The notes below the pieces were generated by a model, which made no database searches, had not been told where the DNA came from, and was given only the letters and a program-made list of their open reading frames with translations. Made by a program: the position numbers and the translations under genes. Shown here piece by piece: positions 16,541 through 25,938 of a DNA stretch of 36,996 bases (position 1 is the first letter of the stretch; every line of letters begins with the position of its first letter). The stretch comes from Candidatus Muiribacteriota bacterium (lineage in GTDB: Bacteria; Muiribacteriota; Muiribacteriia; Muiribacteriales; Muiribacteriaceae), in the NCBI GenBank assembly GCA_051747805.1, contig JBNJGP010000016.1:1-36996 (forward strand). The letters are read 5' to 3'.

Positions 16541-18580
16541 TTACAATATTTCCCATTTTTTTAAAACAATATTTTTTATATAATTTTTAAGATTTTCTGG
16601 TATATTTTCATATTTATAAATTTTAAACATAGCAGATACCTCTTTTCTGGAAGCTTCTATAAGTTTAGAATCCTTAACAGGATTAATAAATTTAAAATTA
16701 CCAAAGCCATGCTGTCTTGAACCAAAAAACTCCCCGGTTCCCCTCAGTTTCATATCTTCTTCAGCTAGTTCAAAACCATCAAAAGTTTCTTCCATCTTAT
16801 GAAGACGTTTCATCGAATAAGAGGAAATATTCTCTGAATGAACAAGAACACAATAGGATTGTCTATGTGAGCGTCCAACCCTTCCTCTAAGCTGATGAAG
16901 CTGTGCAAGGCCAAATCTTTCTGCATTTTTAATTACCATAACTGTGGCCTCTGGGACATCCACTCCTACTTCAATTACAGTTGTAGATATCAGAATATAA
17001 ATATCGCCGTTTATAAACTGTTCCATTATTTTTTCTTTTTCTTTCGATTTCATTCTACCATGTAAAATTCCACATTTACCTATAAAGTATTTTTCTGAAA
17101 GCTCTTTGTAAACCTGCTCTGCAGCTTTTAAATCCATTTTTTGCGATTCCTCAATTAAAGGGGTAACTATAAAAGCTTTTTCTTTAAACTTATTTATTTT
17201 TTCATTAATAAAATTATAAATTTTTGTAAGAGCTTTTTCATCTCTTAAATAAGTTTTTACCTCTTTTCTTCTGGCCGGTTTTTCTCTTATATTTGAAAAG
17301 TCCATATCTCCGTAGGAAGTAAGAGCAAGCGTTCTCGGAATTGGGGTGGCACTCATCACAATTATATTTTTACAGCCTGTTTTTTTTGAAAGCTCCATTC
17401 TCTGGGCAACCCCGAATCTGTGCTGTTCATCAATAATAATAATACCTGTTTTACCATAATTTAATTTTTTCTGAATAAGAGCATGTGTACCAATTATTAT
17501 ACAGGGGGAATCAGATGCAATTAATTCTTCATGCCCTCTTTTCCCTTTATAATTACCTCCAGTCAGCAAAATAGTTTTAATATTAAATTTATCTGCATAT
17601 ATTTTTATGTTTTTAAAATGCTGTTTTGAAAGAACTTCCGTTGGAGCCATGAAAATTGACTTATATTTATTTAATACAACAGCTATTAAAAAAAACATCA
17701 CCACAGCTGTTTTACCTGAACCAACATCCCCCTGAAGCAACCGGTTAACGTTTTTTTGTGCTTCAAGCTCCCCGGCTATTTCATCTATAACTCTGCTCTG
17801 ATCATTTGTAAGTTTGAATGGAAGAACTTTTTTATATTTATCTAAAAACTTTTTAACTTTTAATTTTTTTGAGGATAGAATTTTCTTTTTAAAGGAAATA
17901 ATAAAAAAAGCTGTCTGCAGATAAAAAATTTCACGGAATTTCATACCATCAAGAGCCTGATTTAATTTTTTAAAATCCTCTGGAAAATGTATTTGAAATA
18001 AGCTCTCTCCCGGTGAAAAAAAACCATATTTTTCTTTTAAATACTGGGGTAAATAATCCGGAATTTCTATTTTTTTTACTTCATTAAAAGCATTTAAAAT
18101 GATTTTTTTAATAACTTTTTGTGATATACCTTTTGTTAACGCATAAACAGGAACTATTTTTTCATTTTTCCCATCTTCTTTTTCAAAGTCCGGGGAATTT
18201 AAAACAAAACCATAAAGCTCTCTTTTGGGCTTTCCATAAAAATAATATTTAACTCCTTTTTGAAAATTTTTTTTTAAATAAGCCTGATTAAAAAAAACAA
18301 TATCAATATAGTTTTCTCCATCAAAGCCCCGAAGCTTTATTATTTTAAAACGTCTTGCGCGAACTTCTCTGATATCTGATAATTCAAGAAGAAGCAGGCT
18401 CTCCCTGCCTTCTATAAGATTTTTTATCTTTACTGGATTTCTTCTGTCTTCATATCTGACGGGAATATGATAAATTAAATCAATAAGGGTTTTAATATTA
18501 AGTTTTTCAAGCATTACGGCCCGTCTCGGGCCGACATTTTTTATAAATCTAACATCTTTATCAAATATTTGCTCATTCAT
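16541..18580 (-). CDS. recG: ATP-dependent DNA helicase RecG
   Basis: RLLQGDVGSGKT, MAPTEVL, IIDEQHRFG, MSATPIPRTL, AERFGLAQLHQLRGRVGR, DGFELAEEDMKLRG. Confidence 0.98.
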   Translation of the reverse strand: MNEQIFDKDVRFIKNVGPRRAVMLEKLNIKTLIDLIYHIPVRYEDRRNPVKIKNLIEGRESLLLLELSDIREVRARRFKIIKLRGFDGENYIDIVFFNQAYLKKNFQKGVKYYFYGKPKRELYGFVLNSPDFEKEDGKNEKIVPVYALTKGISQKVIKKIILNAFNEVKKIEIPDYLPQYLKEKYGFFSPGESLFQIHFPEDFKKLNQALDGMKFREIFYLQTAFFIISFKKKILSSKKLKVKKFLDKYKKVLPFKLTNDQSRVIDEIAGELEAQKNVNRLLQGDVGSGKTAVVMFFLIAVVLNKYKSIFMAPTEVLSKQHFKNIKIYADKFNIKTILLTGGNYKGKRGHEELIASDSPCIIIGTHALIQKKLNYGKTGIIIIDEQHRFGVAQRMELSKKTGCKNIIVMSATPIPRTLALTSYGDMDFSNIREKPARRKEVKTYLRDEKALTKIYNFINEKINKFKEKAFIVTPLIEESQKMDLKAAEQVYKELSEKYFIGKCGILHGRMKSKEKEKIMEQFINGDIYILISTTVIEVGVDVPEATVMVIKNAERFGLAQLHQLRGRVGRSHRQSYCVLVHSENISSYSMKRLHKMEETFDGFELAEEDMKLRGTGEFFGSRQHGFGNFKFINPVKDSKLIEASRKEVSAMFKIYKYENIPENLKNYIKNIVLKKWEIL

Positions 18581-21255
18581 TTATCTAATTTATAACGCAG
18601 TTCATTTACAACATTAGAAAAATCGCTTTCATCATTCTGAATATTATTGACAATATCTACCTCACTTTTTTCTCCATCCTCATCCACAAGATAGGCAGAT
18701 AAAAATATTACCATTTCATTAACTTCCTCAACCTGTTCTTTTTGACGGAAAAATCTACCCACAAGAGGAAGCCTGGAAAAAACAGGGACATTTCTTCGTG
18801 ATGTTGATTCTCTTTTATTAATCAATCCTCCCATTACAACAGTTTCGCCGTCACCCAGCCTCGCAACTGTGTCTGTACTTCTATTAGCAATTATTAAAAT
18901 TCCCTCTGGGGTTGTCCCGCTTTCTGCGGTTTCATTAACTGAAACGTCAATTGTAATCTCATTTTCTTTATTAACCACCGGCATTACTTCCATTTTCAAA
19001 CCTAAATCAACATCACGGTAAATATCAACAATTTTCCAGTCAGTTCCACCTGTTTGGGAAACACTGTCTGTAACACTTCCCGGAACCGAAACCTCTTTAG
19101 CCTCTTTAGTTTTCAAAGTAATAGTCTTAAATATATCTATATTGGCGGAATGTCCATCAAGCACTCTTATTGTAGGTGAGGCAATTAATCTTCCTTTATT
19201 ATTCTCCTCAAGAAAATTTAACGTTGATTCCAGTTTCAGTTCATTTACATTACTTAACTTAGACACATTAAGAGAATCCTTTGAACCATCAAATGTTGTT
19301 TCAATTCCTAAATCATCTGTATAATTGGAGTTTACCTCCATCACCTTCATTGAAATTAAAACCTGCTGTCTTTTAACATCAATCTGTTCCAGAAAAGACT
19401 CGATAATTTCAATATTATCACGAGTTTCATACGCAAAAAGCATTTTCACCTTTCTCTGACTGGCGCGCATATCTGAAATTTTAACATCATAACTATTCAG
19501 TGATGTTTCTGGTTTTGCAACATCCATATTTTCAAAAAGGGTTATTGTTTCAATTTCCTGTATAATTTCTTCCCCTCTACTCGCTTCTACAACAGTATGA
19601 TCAACATACCTTTCAATAAGGTCATCCCTGGCCGTTAAATCATCCCTGTCTTCCTCTATTCCGGTTAATCTTTCAAGAGCACGCTCATACCTTGAAGTTC
19701 TATCATCTGATTCACCAAAATTTGTTTCGTTTTTTATTATCGCGGTATTTTTATCAAAATCAAAAATAGATATATTGTCAAAATCAAGAATATCCCGGAA
19801 ATGTCTCACACTTTTTAAAGCGTACAGAGCTTCTTCCGGAGATATATACTGAAGGTCAAAATAAGCTGGGTGTCTCTGACGATAATCGCTTGTTTTTGCC
19901 TTCATAGAATCTTCAATGTAAAATGTATTTTCATTATATTCTATAGCAGTTAAATCATTTGATTTAAGAACAAGGTCAAAAAATTCTTCAAGAGAAATTG
20001 CGGCATTTTCAATAAAAAATGTAATTCTTCTTGATTTGTCAATATCAGGAGATAAAATAATATTCACCTGCATAAAATCTGCTATTGCATTTAGAACATC
20101 ACCAATCACCATATCTTTAAATCCAAGCTCACTTACTAAATTATCTTCTATTCTTTTCTGTCTGATTTTAACAATCTGATTTTCTATTTCATACTCAAAA
20201 CCACCTGCCTTTGCAACAATATCAAGAGCCTCTTTCAGACTTTTTTTTCTAATATCAACATTAATCTGTCTGGTAATATTTTCCTGCATTTCATATTTGT
20301 ATCCGGTTCCATAAAGAAGTGATGATATAACTTCGGGAACACTTTTGTTTTCAGCTGAAAAATCTATTAAATCATCAGAAACAAGCTTATTTGAAATATA
20401 ATATTCTGCTCTTTCAAGCAGCATTTGAGCCGAACTGATAAACTCATAGTCTGAATGATTATTTATTAAATATTCAAGCATATTTTTTGCTTTTTTATAG
20501 TCTTTCACCTCATAATAAGCTCTTGCAAGATAATATGTAGACTCGGCAGTTTTACCGTGCTGCTCATTAAATCTTTCAAGCACGTCAACTGTTCTTAAAT
20601 AATCGCCCTGGGTGAATAACTCAAACGCCTCTTTAAGACGGCTGTCAAGAACTTTCTGTTCCATAACTTTTTCCTGAACAATATTTAAGGCATCTCTAAT
20701 TTCCTCATTATCAGGAGCAAGAGTAACGGCGTCTTTTAAATACTGATGAGCTTTATTCCACTCTTTAACTCTCATAGCCTCTGTTGCGTTAGAATATGCC
20801 GCCTGCGCTTTCATTTTATCAACTTTATCTTCGGCATCAATTAATGAGGTTTCCTCAACACTTCTTTCTCTGCTTTTAGAAATAGTAATTTTTAAAGAAG
20901 AGGCTGTTTTTTCAAAATCAACTGGAGTAGGGTCTGTCATAGTAATAAGAAGTCTTAAAGAATTTCTATCAGTATCAATATATTCTGTTCTATACATCAT
21001 AACAGTGCCCCGATAAACTGACTCGCTGATTTCTCCCCTGCCAAAACGTGTATTAGGAAAATCCACTCTTACAAGATTCCCAACTGTGGCCGGATAATAT
21101 TCAAAATCACTTGCCGAAAATGATACAAGAAATTCAACGTGATTTGGAGTTTCATGAATCTGAACATTTCTTATCTCATTAATATTTGAATATGTAAAAA
21201 TAGTAAAAATAAGAATAATAAATAAAAATGAGTTTAATTTGTTTATGAATTTCAT
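18577..21255 (-). CDS. Secretin (PilQ/GspD family) with an AMIN-like domain, TPRs and STN/N0-like domains
   Basis: C-terminal secretin domain (QIDVKRQQVLISMKVMEV, IASPTIRVLDG, GETVVMGGLI, VPVFSRLPLVGRFFR); signal peptide; TPR segment at about aa 145-285. Confidence 0.92.
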   Translation of the reverse strand: MKFINKLNSFLFIILIFTIFTYSNINEIRNVQIHETPNHVEFLVSFSASDFEYYPATVGNLVRVDFPNTRFGRGEISESVYRGTVMMYRTEYIDTDRNSLRLLITMTDPTPVDFEKTASSLKITISKSRERSVEETSLIDAEDKVDKMKAQAAYSNATEAMRVKEWNKAHQYLKDAVTLAPDNEEIRDALNIVQEKVMEQKVLDSRLKEAFELFTQGDYLRTVDVLERFNEQHGKTAESTYYLARAYYEVKDYKKAKNMLEYLINNHSDYEFISSAQMLLERAEYYISNKLVSDDLIDFSAENKSVPEVISSLLYGTGYKYEMQENITRQINVDIRKKSLKEALDIVAKAGGFEYEIENQIVKIRQKRIEDNLVSELGFKDMVIGDVLNAIADFMQVNIILSPDIDKSRRITFFIENAAISLEEFFDLVLKSNDLTAIEYNENTFYIEDSMKAKTSDYRQRHPAYFDLQYISPEEALYALKSVRHFRDILDFDNISIFDFDKNTAIIKNETNFGESDDRTSRYERALERLTGIEEDRDDLTARDDLIERYVDHTVVEASRGEEIIQEIETITLFENMDVAKPETSLNSYDVKISDMRASQRKVKMLFAYETRDNIEIIESFLEQIDVKRQQVLISMKVMEVNSNYTDDLGIETTFDGSKDSLNVSKLSNVNELKLESTLNFLEENNKGRLIASPTIRVLDGHSANIDIFKTITLKTKEAKEVSVPGSVTDSVSQTGGTDWKIVDIYRDVDLGLKMEVMPVVNKENEITIDVSVNETAESGTTPEGILIIANRSTDTVARLGDGETVVMGGLINKRESTSRRNVPVFSRLPLVGRFFRQKEQVEEVNEMVIFLSAYLVDEDGEKSEVDIVNNIQNDESDFSNVVNELRYKLDK

Positions 21256-21272
21256 ATCTGCTCTCCCGATAT

Positions 21273-22487
21273 TTATGTTTGTTGCATAACAGCCTGCGAC
21301 ATTCTAAATATCGGCAAAAACATCGAAAGTACTAAAGTACCAATGATTGCACCAAGTAAAACCATAAAAATAGGTTCAATTAAACCGGTAACCGCATCCA
21401 CCAGCGAATCAACCTCGTCTTCATAAAAATCTGCAATATTTGTAAGCATATCCTCTAAAACACCAGACTGGTCTCCAATATTTATCATTTCCACAACCAT
21501 ATTGGGCATAAAAGTTGATTTTCTGAAGGCATCTGTAATATTAACACCCCCTTCAACATCATCTTTTACTGTCTGCATCTGTTCTTTAATAGGTATATTA
21601 TCAATTGCCCTGACCGTAATATCCAGCGCTTTAGTAATTGGAAGTCCAGCTCTGAGCATAACCCCGAGATTCCGGGTAAATGAGGCTACCGCATATTTAA
21701 TAACCAGGTTTTTAACCAATGGTATTTTTAATATTACAACATCTTTAAACCTTGTAACTTTTTCATATTTAAGTGCATATTTTATTCCCACAAATAAGGC
21801 AATTAATAACACAAGGATAATATGAATTTTTGTACGCACAAAATGTGATACCCCAAGGACGTACTGAGTTAACAGGGGCAAATCAGCCCCGAAGGAAGAA
21901 AACATCTCCTCGAACCTTGGTATTATAACAACAAGAAGAAAAATTGTTATACAAAAAGCTATAAAAAGAATCATAAGGGGATAGGTCATTGCCTTTTTAA
22001 CTTTCTTTTTAAGATAGGCTGATTTTTCATAAAAATAGGTCAATCTCATAACCATCTCATATAAAAGTCCAGCTTCTTCCCCAACATGTAAAAGATTTAT
22101 GTAAATTGAAGGAAAGCAGTCAGGATGTTCGCCAAACGCAGCAGCAATAGGTTTTCCACCCTCAACATCAGATTTTATTTTTTTTAATTTTAATTTAAAT
22201 TTAAGATTTTCAATCTGTCCCGTCAGTATATTTATACATTTCAAAACTGGAATACCAGCTTTCAGCGTTACACCTAAGTATTTTGTAAATAAAAAAACAT
22301 CTTTATCTTTGATACTTGGAGAAAATATTCTCTGAAAAAGACTCATTTCAGATTTAAACTTAACTGATTTAACAACAAACCCCTGATTTTCGAGTTTTGC
22401 CCTAGCCTGTTCTTTATCCTGGGCTTCAGTTACCCCGGTAATTTTATTTCCAGATTTATTTAAACATACATAGGAAAATTCAGGCAT
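21273..22487 (-). CDS. pilC: Type IV pilus inner-membrane platform protein PilC (GspF family)
   Basis: MPEFSY, KAGIPV, VGEEAG, AMTYP, IGDQSG, LIEPIFMVLLG...MFLPIF. Confidence 0.95.
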   Translation of the reverse strand: MPEFSYVCLNKSGNKITGVTEAQDKEQARAKLENQGFVVKSVKFKSEMSLFQRIFSPSIKDKDVFLFTKYLGVTLKAGIPVLKCINILTGQIENLKFKLKLKKIKSDVEGGKPIAAAFGEHPDCFPSIYINLLHVGEEAGLLYEMVMRLTYFYEKSAYLKKKVKKAMTYPLMILFIAFCITIFLLVVIIPRFEEMFSSFGADLPLLTQYVLGVSHFVRTKIHIILVLLIALFVGIKYALKYEKVTRFKDVVILKIPLVKNLVIKYAVASFTRNLGVMLRAGLPITKALDITVRAIDNIPIKEQMQTVKDDVEGGVNITDAFRKSTFMPNMVVEMINIGDQSGVLEDMLTNIADFYEDEVDSLVDAVTGLIEPIFMVLLGAIIGTLVLSMFLPIFRMSQAVMQQT

Positions 22488-22498
22488 AAATTCCTCCG

Positions 22499-23383
22499 TT
22501 AAAAGCTCATATCCATAGATATATTCCGAACTACCTCATCGTTTTTGCTATCTATAATTACTAATTTATCCGAACCTATACTATCTATTATATACTCTCT
22601 TCCATCACTAAGCAATAGTTTCTGTCCTACTCTTTTTCTGAGAAACTCAACACTTTCTCTTCCAGCTGCATCAGCTGTAATTTTAGATAAAAGAGCAATC
22701 CGGTCCTGGCCCGAAATTATAAACCCTTTATAGTAAAAATTAACTTCGGGACCCCTTCTTTCCCCAGTAACCACATCACCTCTTTCAATTTTTTCTAATT
22801 CATTTAAAGCATTCTGAGTTAATATATTAGATTTTAAAAATTTATTATTATTAAAAGCACTTCTACCACGCCTTAAATAATTTTCAACCTCAGATAAATA
22901 TTCCTTGGCATCAAAACTCAGTGAGGGTATATCCTCATACTGCCCAACTTCTGATTCAACTTTGATAATATTTTCTCTAGCCTGTCTCTCCATTTGAGAA
23001 GAGAGTTTAAAATCTGAAAAAATATTCCTGACGTTCTTATGCTTGGTTATCTGAACTTCTTCGGTGGCAAATATTTCAGGAACAATTTCTTCATACCCTG
23101 TGAACTCCTTATCTCTAGAAGATCTTCTATCAGAAGGAGAAGGCCTTGAGCGTCTGTCAGAAGTATCATCATCATCATCATCATCTGATGATCTGGCCGC
23201 TGGTTGTCTATCTGTTGTGTCCCGCCGGTCCGGTGTAGTTGACTGTGTGCTTGTAGAAGGTCTGGCCGCACTTGACGACGGGCCTGAATCCCCTCCGCTA
23301 AGTACATAATTATAAAATATCATAGGAACTGCTATTCCCAGTCCTATTATTATTAGCCATTTATATTTTTTTAAATCTTCCAT
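22499..23383 (-). CDS. Membrane-anchored PilP/GspC-like accessory protein with a disordered S/T/D/R linker
   Basis: Occupies the pilP position; N-terminal TM helix without a lipobox; C-terminal YKGFIISGQDRIALL...VGQKL...IIDSIGSDKLVI resembles the PilP/GspC HR beta domain. Confidence 0.55.
   Translation of the reverse strand: MEDLKKYKWLIIIGLGIAVPMIFYNYVLSGGDSGPSSSAARPSTSTQSTTPDRRDTTDRQPAARSSDDDDDDDTSDRRSRPSPSDRRSSRDKEFTGYEEIVPEIFATEEVQITKHKNVRNIFSDFKLSSQMERQARENIIKVESEVGQYEDIPSLSFDAKEYLSEVENYLRRGRSAFNNNKFLKSNILTQNALNELEKIERGDVVTGERRGPEVNFYYKGFIISGQDRIALLSKITADAAGRESVEFLRKRVGQKLLLSDGREYIIDSIGSDKLVIIDSKNDEVVRNISMDMSF
23165..23185. repeat. (ATC)7 microsatellite encoding poly-Asp
   Basis: ATC x7, in frame as GAT x7 (DDDDDDD) on the minus strand. 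Confidence 0.9.
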
Positions 23384-23389
23384 AAATTA

Positions 23390-24259
23390 TTAATCCCTTA
23401 CAAAATAAGATTTAATAAGAATTCTAACCTTTATATTATCAGTATCTTCTTCCATAATAATTCTATGATCATTCTCTCTTATAAAATTTCTCAACCCATT
23501 TAAATCAAAAACGTTTCTTTTTCTGACCGCAACTTCTTCGCCCCCTTCTCTGTCTCTGCGACCTTCAGATTGAGAACTTTCAATTTCTTCTTCAATTACT
23601 GTTGTTGCTTCCTGGCTGACCATATCTTTATACACATCAGGATGAATTTCCTCAACCGGGTCTGTTTCAAGATTATACCTGTAAAAAGAAAAACCTTCAG
23701 GATAGGGAATTTTAAGAATTACATTCCATAATTTCTCTTCCTGTTCAATTCTAAGCGGTCTATCAACGAAATATAAAAATTCCTTTATACGGAAATAACT
23801 CCCGGAAAGAACAAACTCAAAAGTAACTGGTTTAAAACCATACTCTTCATTTTCCTCAATTAACTGATCAAAATATATTATTGCAAGATTATTACTATTA
23901 GCCGTATTTATTAATTCTTCCATTATATCTGATTTAATTTCTTCAGGTGGCAACAGAAGTTTTGCCTCCTCGAATTTTTCTTCAACCTCATAGTATTCTT
24001 CCTCTTCTTCTTTTTTAACCTGAACTTGTTTATCATATTCGCGTTCTAAACGTTGTATATCCATTTCAAGACTCTGAACTTCGTTTTCAAGCTGCATTTT
24101 CTGTTTTTCAAGTGATTCTTCCTGACTTTTTATTTCTGCAATCTGAGTATTATAATAAGTTCCAATAAAAAAAATTAAAATAACAGAAACTACAAGTACT
24201 GTTATTCCTGCACCATACAGAAAAAGTCTTTCTGTAATTGAACTTGACCTTGATTTCAT
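23390..24259 (-). CDS. PilO-like protein
   Basis: TM helix, coiled coil, LLPPEE, and PVTFEFVLSGSYFRIKEFL (PilO ferredoxin-like fold); follows pilN. Confidence 0.8.
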   Translation of the reverse strand: MKSRSSSITERLFLYGAGITVLVVSVILIFFIGTYYNTQIAEIKSQEESLEKQKMQLENEVQSLEMDIQRLEREYDKQVQVKKEEEEEYYEVEEKFEEAKLLLPPEEIKSDIMEELINTANSNNLAIIYFDQLIEENEEYGFKPVTFEFVLSGSYFRIKEFLYFVDRPLRIEQEEKLWNVILKIPYPEGFSFYRYNLETDPVEEIHPDVYKDMVSQEATTVIEEEIESSQSEGRRDREGGEEVAVRKRNVFDLNGLRNFIRENDHRIIMEEDTDNIKVRILIKSYFVRD

Positions 24260-24274
24260 TAAATAATCTTTCCT

Positions 24275-24850
24275 TTAAAAAGCATCAGTTTTTACTTTAA
24301 AGCTCAAGTTAAAAGTAATAGCTTTAGTCTCGAGATTTTCTTCCGACCTTCCAAGTAGTATATTTTCAAAATAATCTGATAATTCCAGTTTTTTAACAAA
24401 TTCTACAGGTTTAAAAAGATCTTCTGCCTCGCACTTTAAGACAACATGAGGGAGTTCTTCAATTATCATATTTTTAATCCAGATATTATCAGGTGTATTT
24501 TCTTCAAGTTCCTGGAAAAAAACACTCCAGTAGAAATCGCGCATAATTTGATTAAACGCTTTTATTTCTTCGTTTAAATCAACTTTTAAATTTTCATCAA
24601 AAGAAAGCCTTTTTATCTCGGTTTCCTTATTCTGTTTTTCTCTTAAAAGTCCCTCACGTCTCGCCTGAAGGGCCTCAACAGGCGCCCGTGACTGTTGTTC
24701 AAAACGCGAGAACTGAACTCTTTTAAAAATACTGTAAGTAGAAATTAAAATAATCGAAATAAAAACAGCTACAATAACAAAAAAAATTGCTTTATAATCG
24801 CGCGGTTCACATCTATAATGATTCGGAAAAACATTAAGATTTACTTTCAT
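24275..24850 (-). CDS. pilN: PilN-like protein
   Basis: N-terminal VNLNVFP (INLLP-like), TM helix, coiled coil, WSVFFQELEENTPDNIWIKNM, FVKKLELSDYFENI. Confidence 0.82.
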   Translation of the reverse strand: MKVNLNVFPNHYRCEPRDYKAIFFVIVAVFISIILISTYSIFKRVQFSRFEQQSRAPVEALQARREGLLREKQNKETEIKRLSFDENLKVDLNEEIKAFNQIMRDFYWSVFFQELEENTPDNIWIKNMIIEELPHVVLKCEAEDLFKPVEFVKKLELSDYFENILLGRSEENLETKAITFNLSFKVKTDAF

Positions 24851-25929
24851 ACATCACTCCTGACAAGTCCACCCAGAGAAGGAATTAAAATATTTTTTTC
24901 ATCAGAAGTAAGCTCCTCGCCAGCATATTTCACCTCAATCAGCTCACTTCCTAAAACCACAGGAATATTTAAATGTTTCTGAAGTAAAACATTCATATTT
25001 CTGAAATTTGCACATCCTCCATAAAGAATAATTTTATGAATTTTAAACTCTCTGAACTTTGCAAGATAAGAATCAAATGAATTATATACACCTTTTACGA
25101 TTTCGCCAAAAACACTTTTAATAATATTATAGTTTTCAAGTTTATTCTGCTCTTCAGAATATTCTCTTAAAAAAAATCTTTCATTTTTCTTATACTCTTC
25201 CGACTCTTCAAAAGAAATACCAAGACCCTCAGCAATTGCTCCGGTAAAATCTTTGCCTCCAAAAGGAATAATTCTAAAGGATTTTAACAATCCAGAATTA
25301 AAAATCATGACTGTTGTTGAGTCATCACCTATATAAACAAGTGAAATATTTTTTTTAGAATTTTCAGCCGAAGTTAAAAAACCATGAAACAGGTTTATTG
25401 AATTAAAACAAGTTACATCCAGCACCTGAGGCCACATTTTAAGAGAGTGAAAAATTTCTCCTAAATCCTCCATATTTGTGTTTAATATAGCCTCTGAAAT
25501 AATTATATGATTTTCTTTTTTTTCTTCAAGAACTTCCCAGTTATAACTCCAGTTACTGATTTCTGATGGGAAAAGAGCATTTAATTTATCTGTTATGGAC
25601 TGCTCGAGAGTTTCTCCGGCATTGAGTTTAATATTCAACCAGTTTATTACAGCATTACCATCTGAAATCATTATTACACATTTCTGATTGGATATTCCAA
25701 GATTCTTAAAAGCAAGGGTTAACGCATCTTTAAAAGCTGATTTATCTACAATAAAATTCTCATTAAAATTTATATTAAACATATCCTGAGGAACCGGAAT
25801 AATAGAATAGTTAATAAGATTAAATCTGGCTCCGCTTCTACTTTCTATTTCTACTATTTTTATTGCCCTGCTGCCAATATCAACACTGACAAGATTTTTT
25901 CTGAATTTAATTTTATCTAATAAACTCAC
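24847..25929 (-). CDS. pilM: Type IV pilus assembly protein PilM (actin-like)
   Basis: GTG start; VDIGSRAIKIVE, IPFGGKDFTGAIAEGLGISFEESEEYK, ILYGGCA. Confidence 0.9.
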   Translation of the reverse strand: MSLLDKIKFRKNLVSVDIGSRAIKIVEIESRSGARFNLINYSIIPVPQDMFNINFNENFIVDKSAFKDALTLAFKNLGISNQKCVIMISDGNAVINWLNIKLNAGETLEQSITDKLNALFPSEISNWSYNWEVLEEKKENHIIISEAILNTNMEDLGEIFHSLKMWPQVLDVTCFNSINLFHGFLTSAENSKKNISLVYIGDDSTTVMIFNSGLLKSFRIIPFGGKDFTGAIAEGLGISFEESEEYKKNERFFLREYSEEQNKLENYNIIKSVFGEIVKGVYNSFDSYLAKFREFKIHKIILYGGCANFRNMNVLLQKHLNIPVVLGSELIEVKYAGEELTSDEKNILIPSLGGLVRSDV

Positions 25930-25938
25930 CTTTTTCTC

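Noticed and set aside
7107..18580. Poly-A/T runs of 8-9 nt as frameshift or pseudogene signals
   Set aside because: Reading frames are intact and full length; such runs are expected at this AT content.
23165..23185. (ATC)7 as a phase-variation switch
   Set aside because: A triplet unit keeps the frame and only changes poly-Asp length in a disordered linker.
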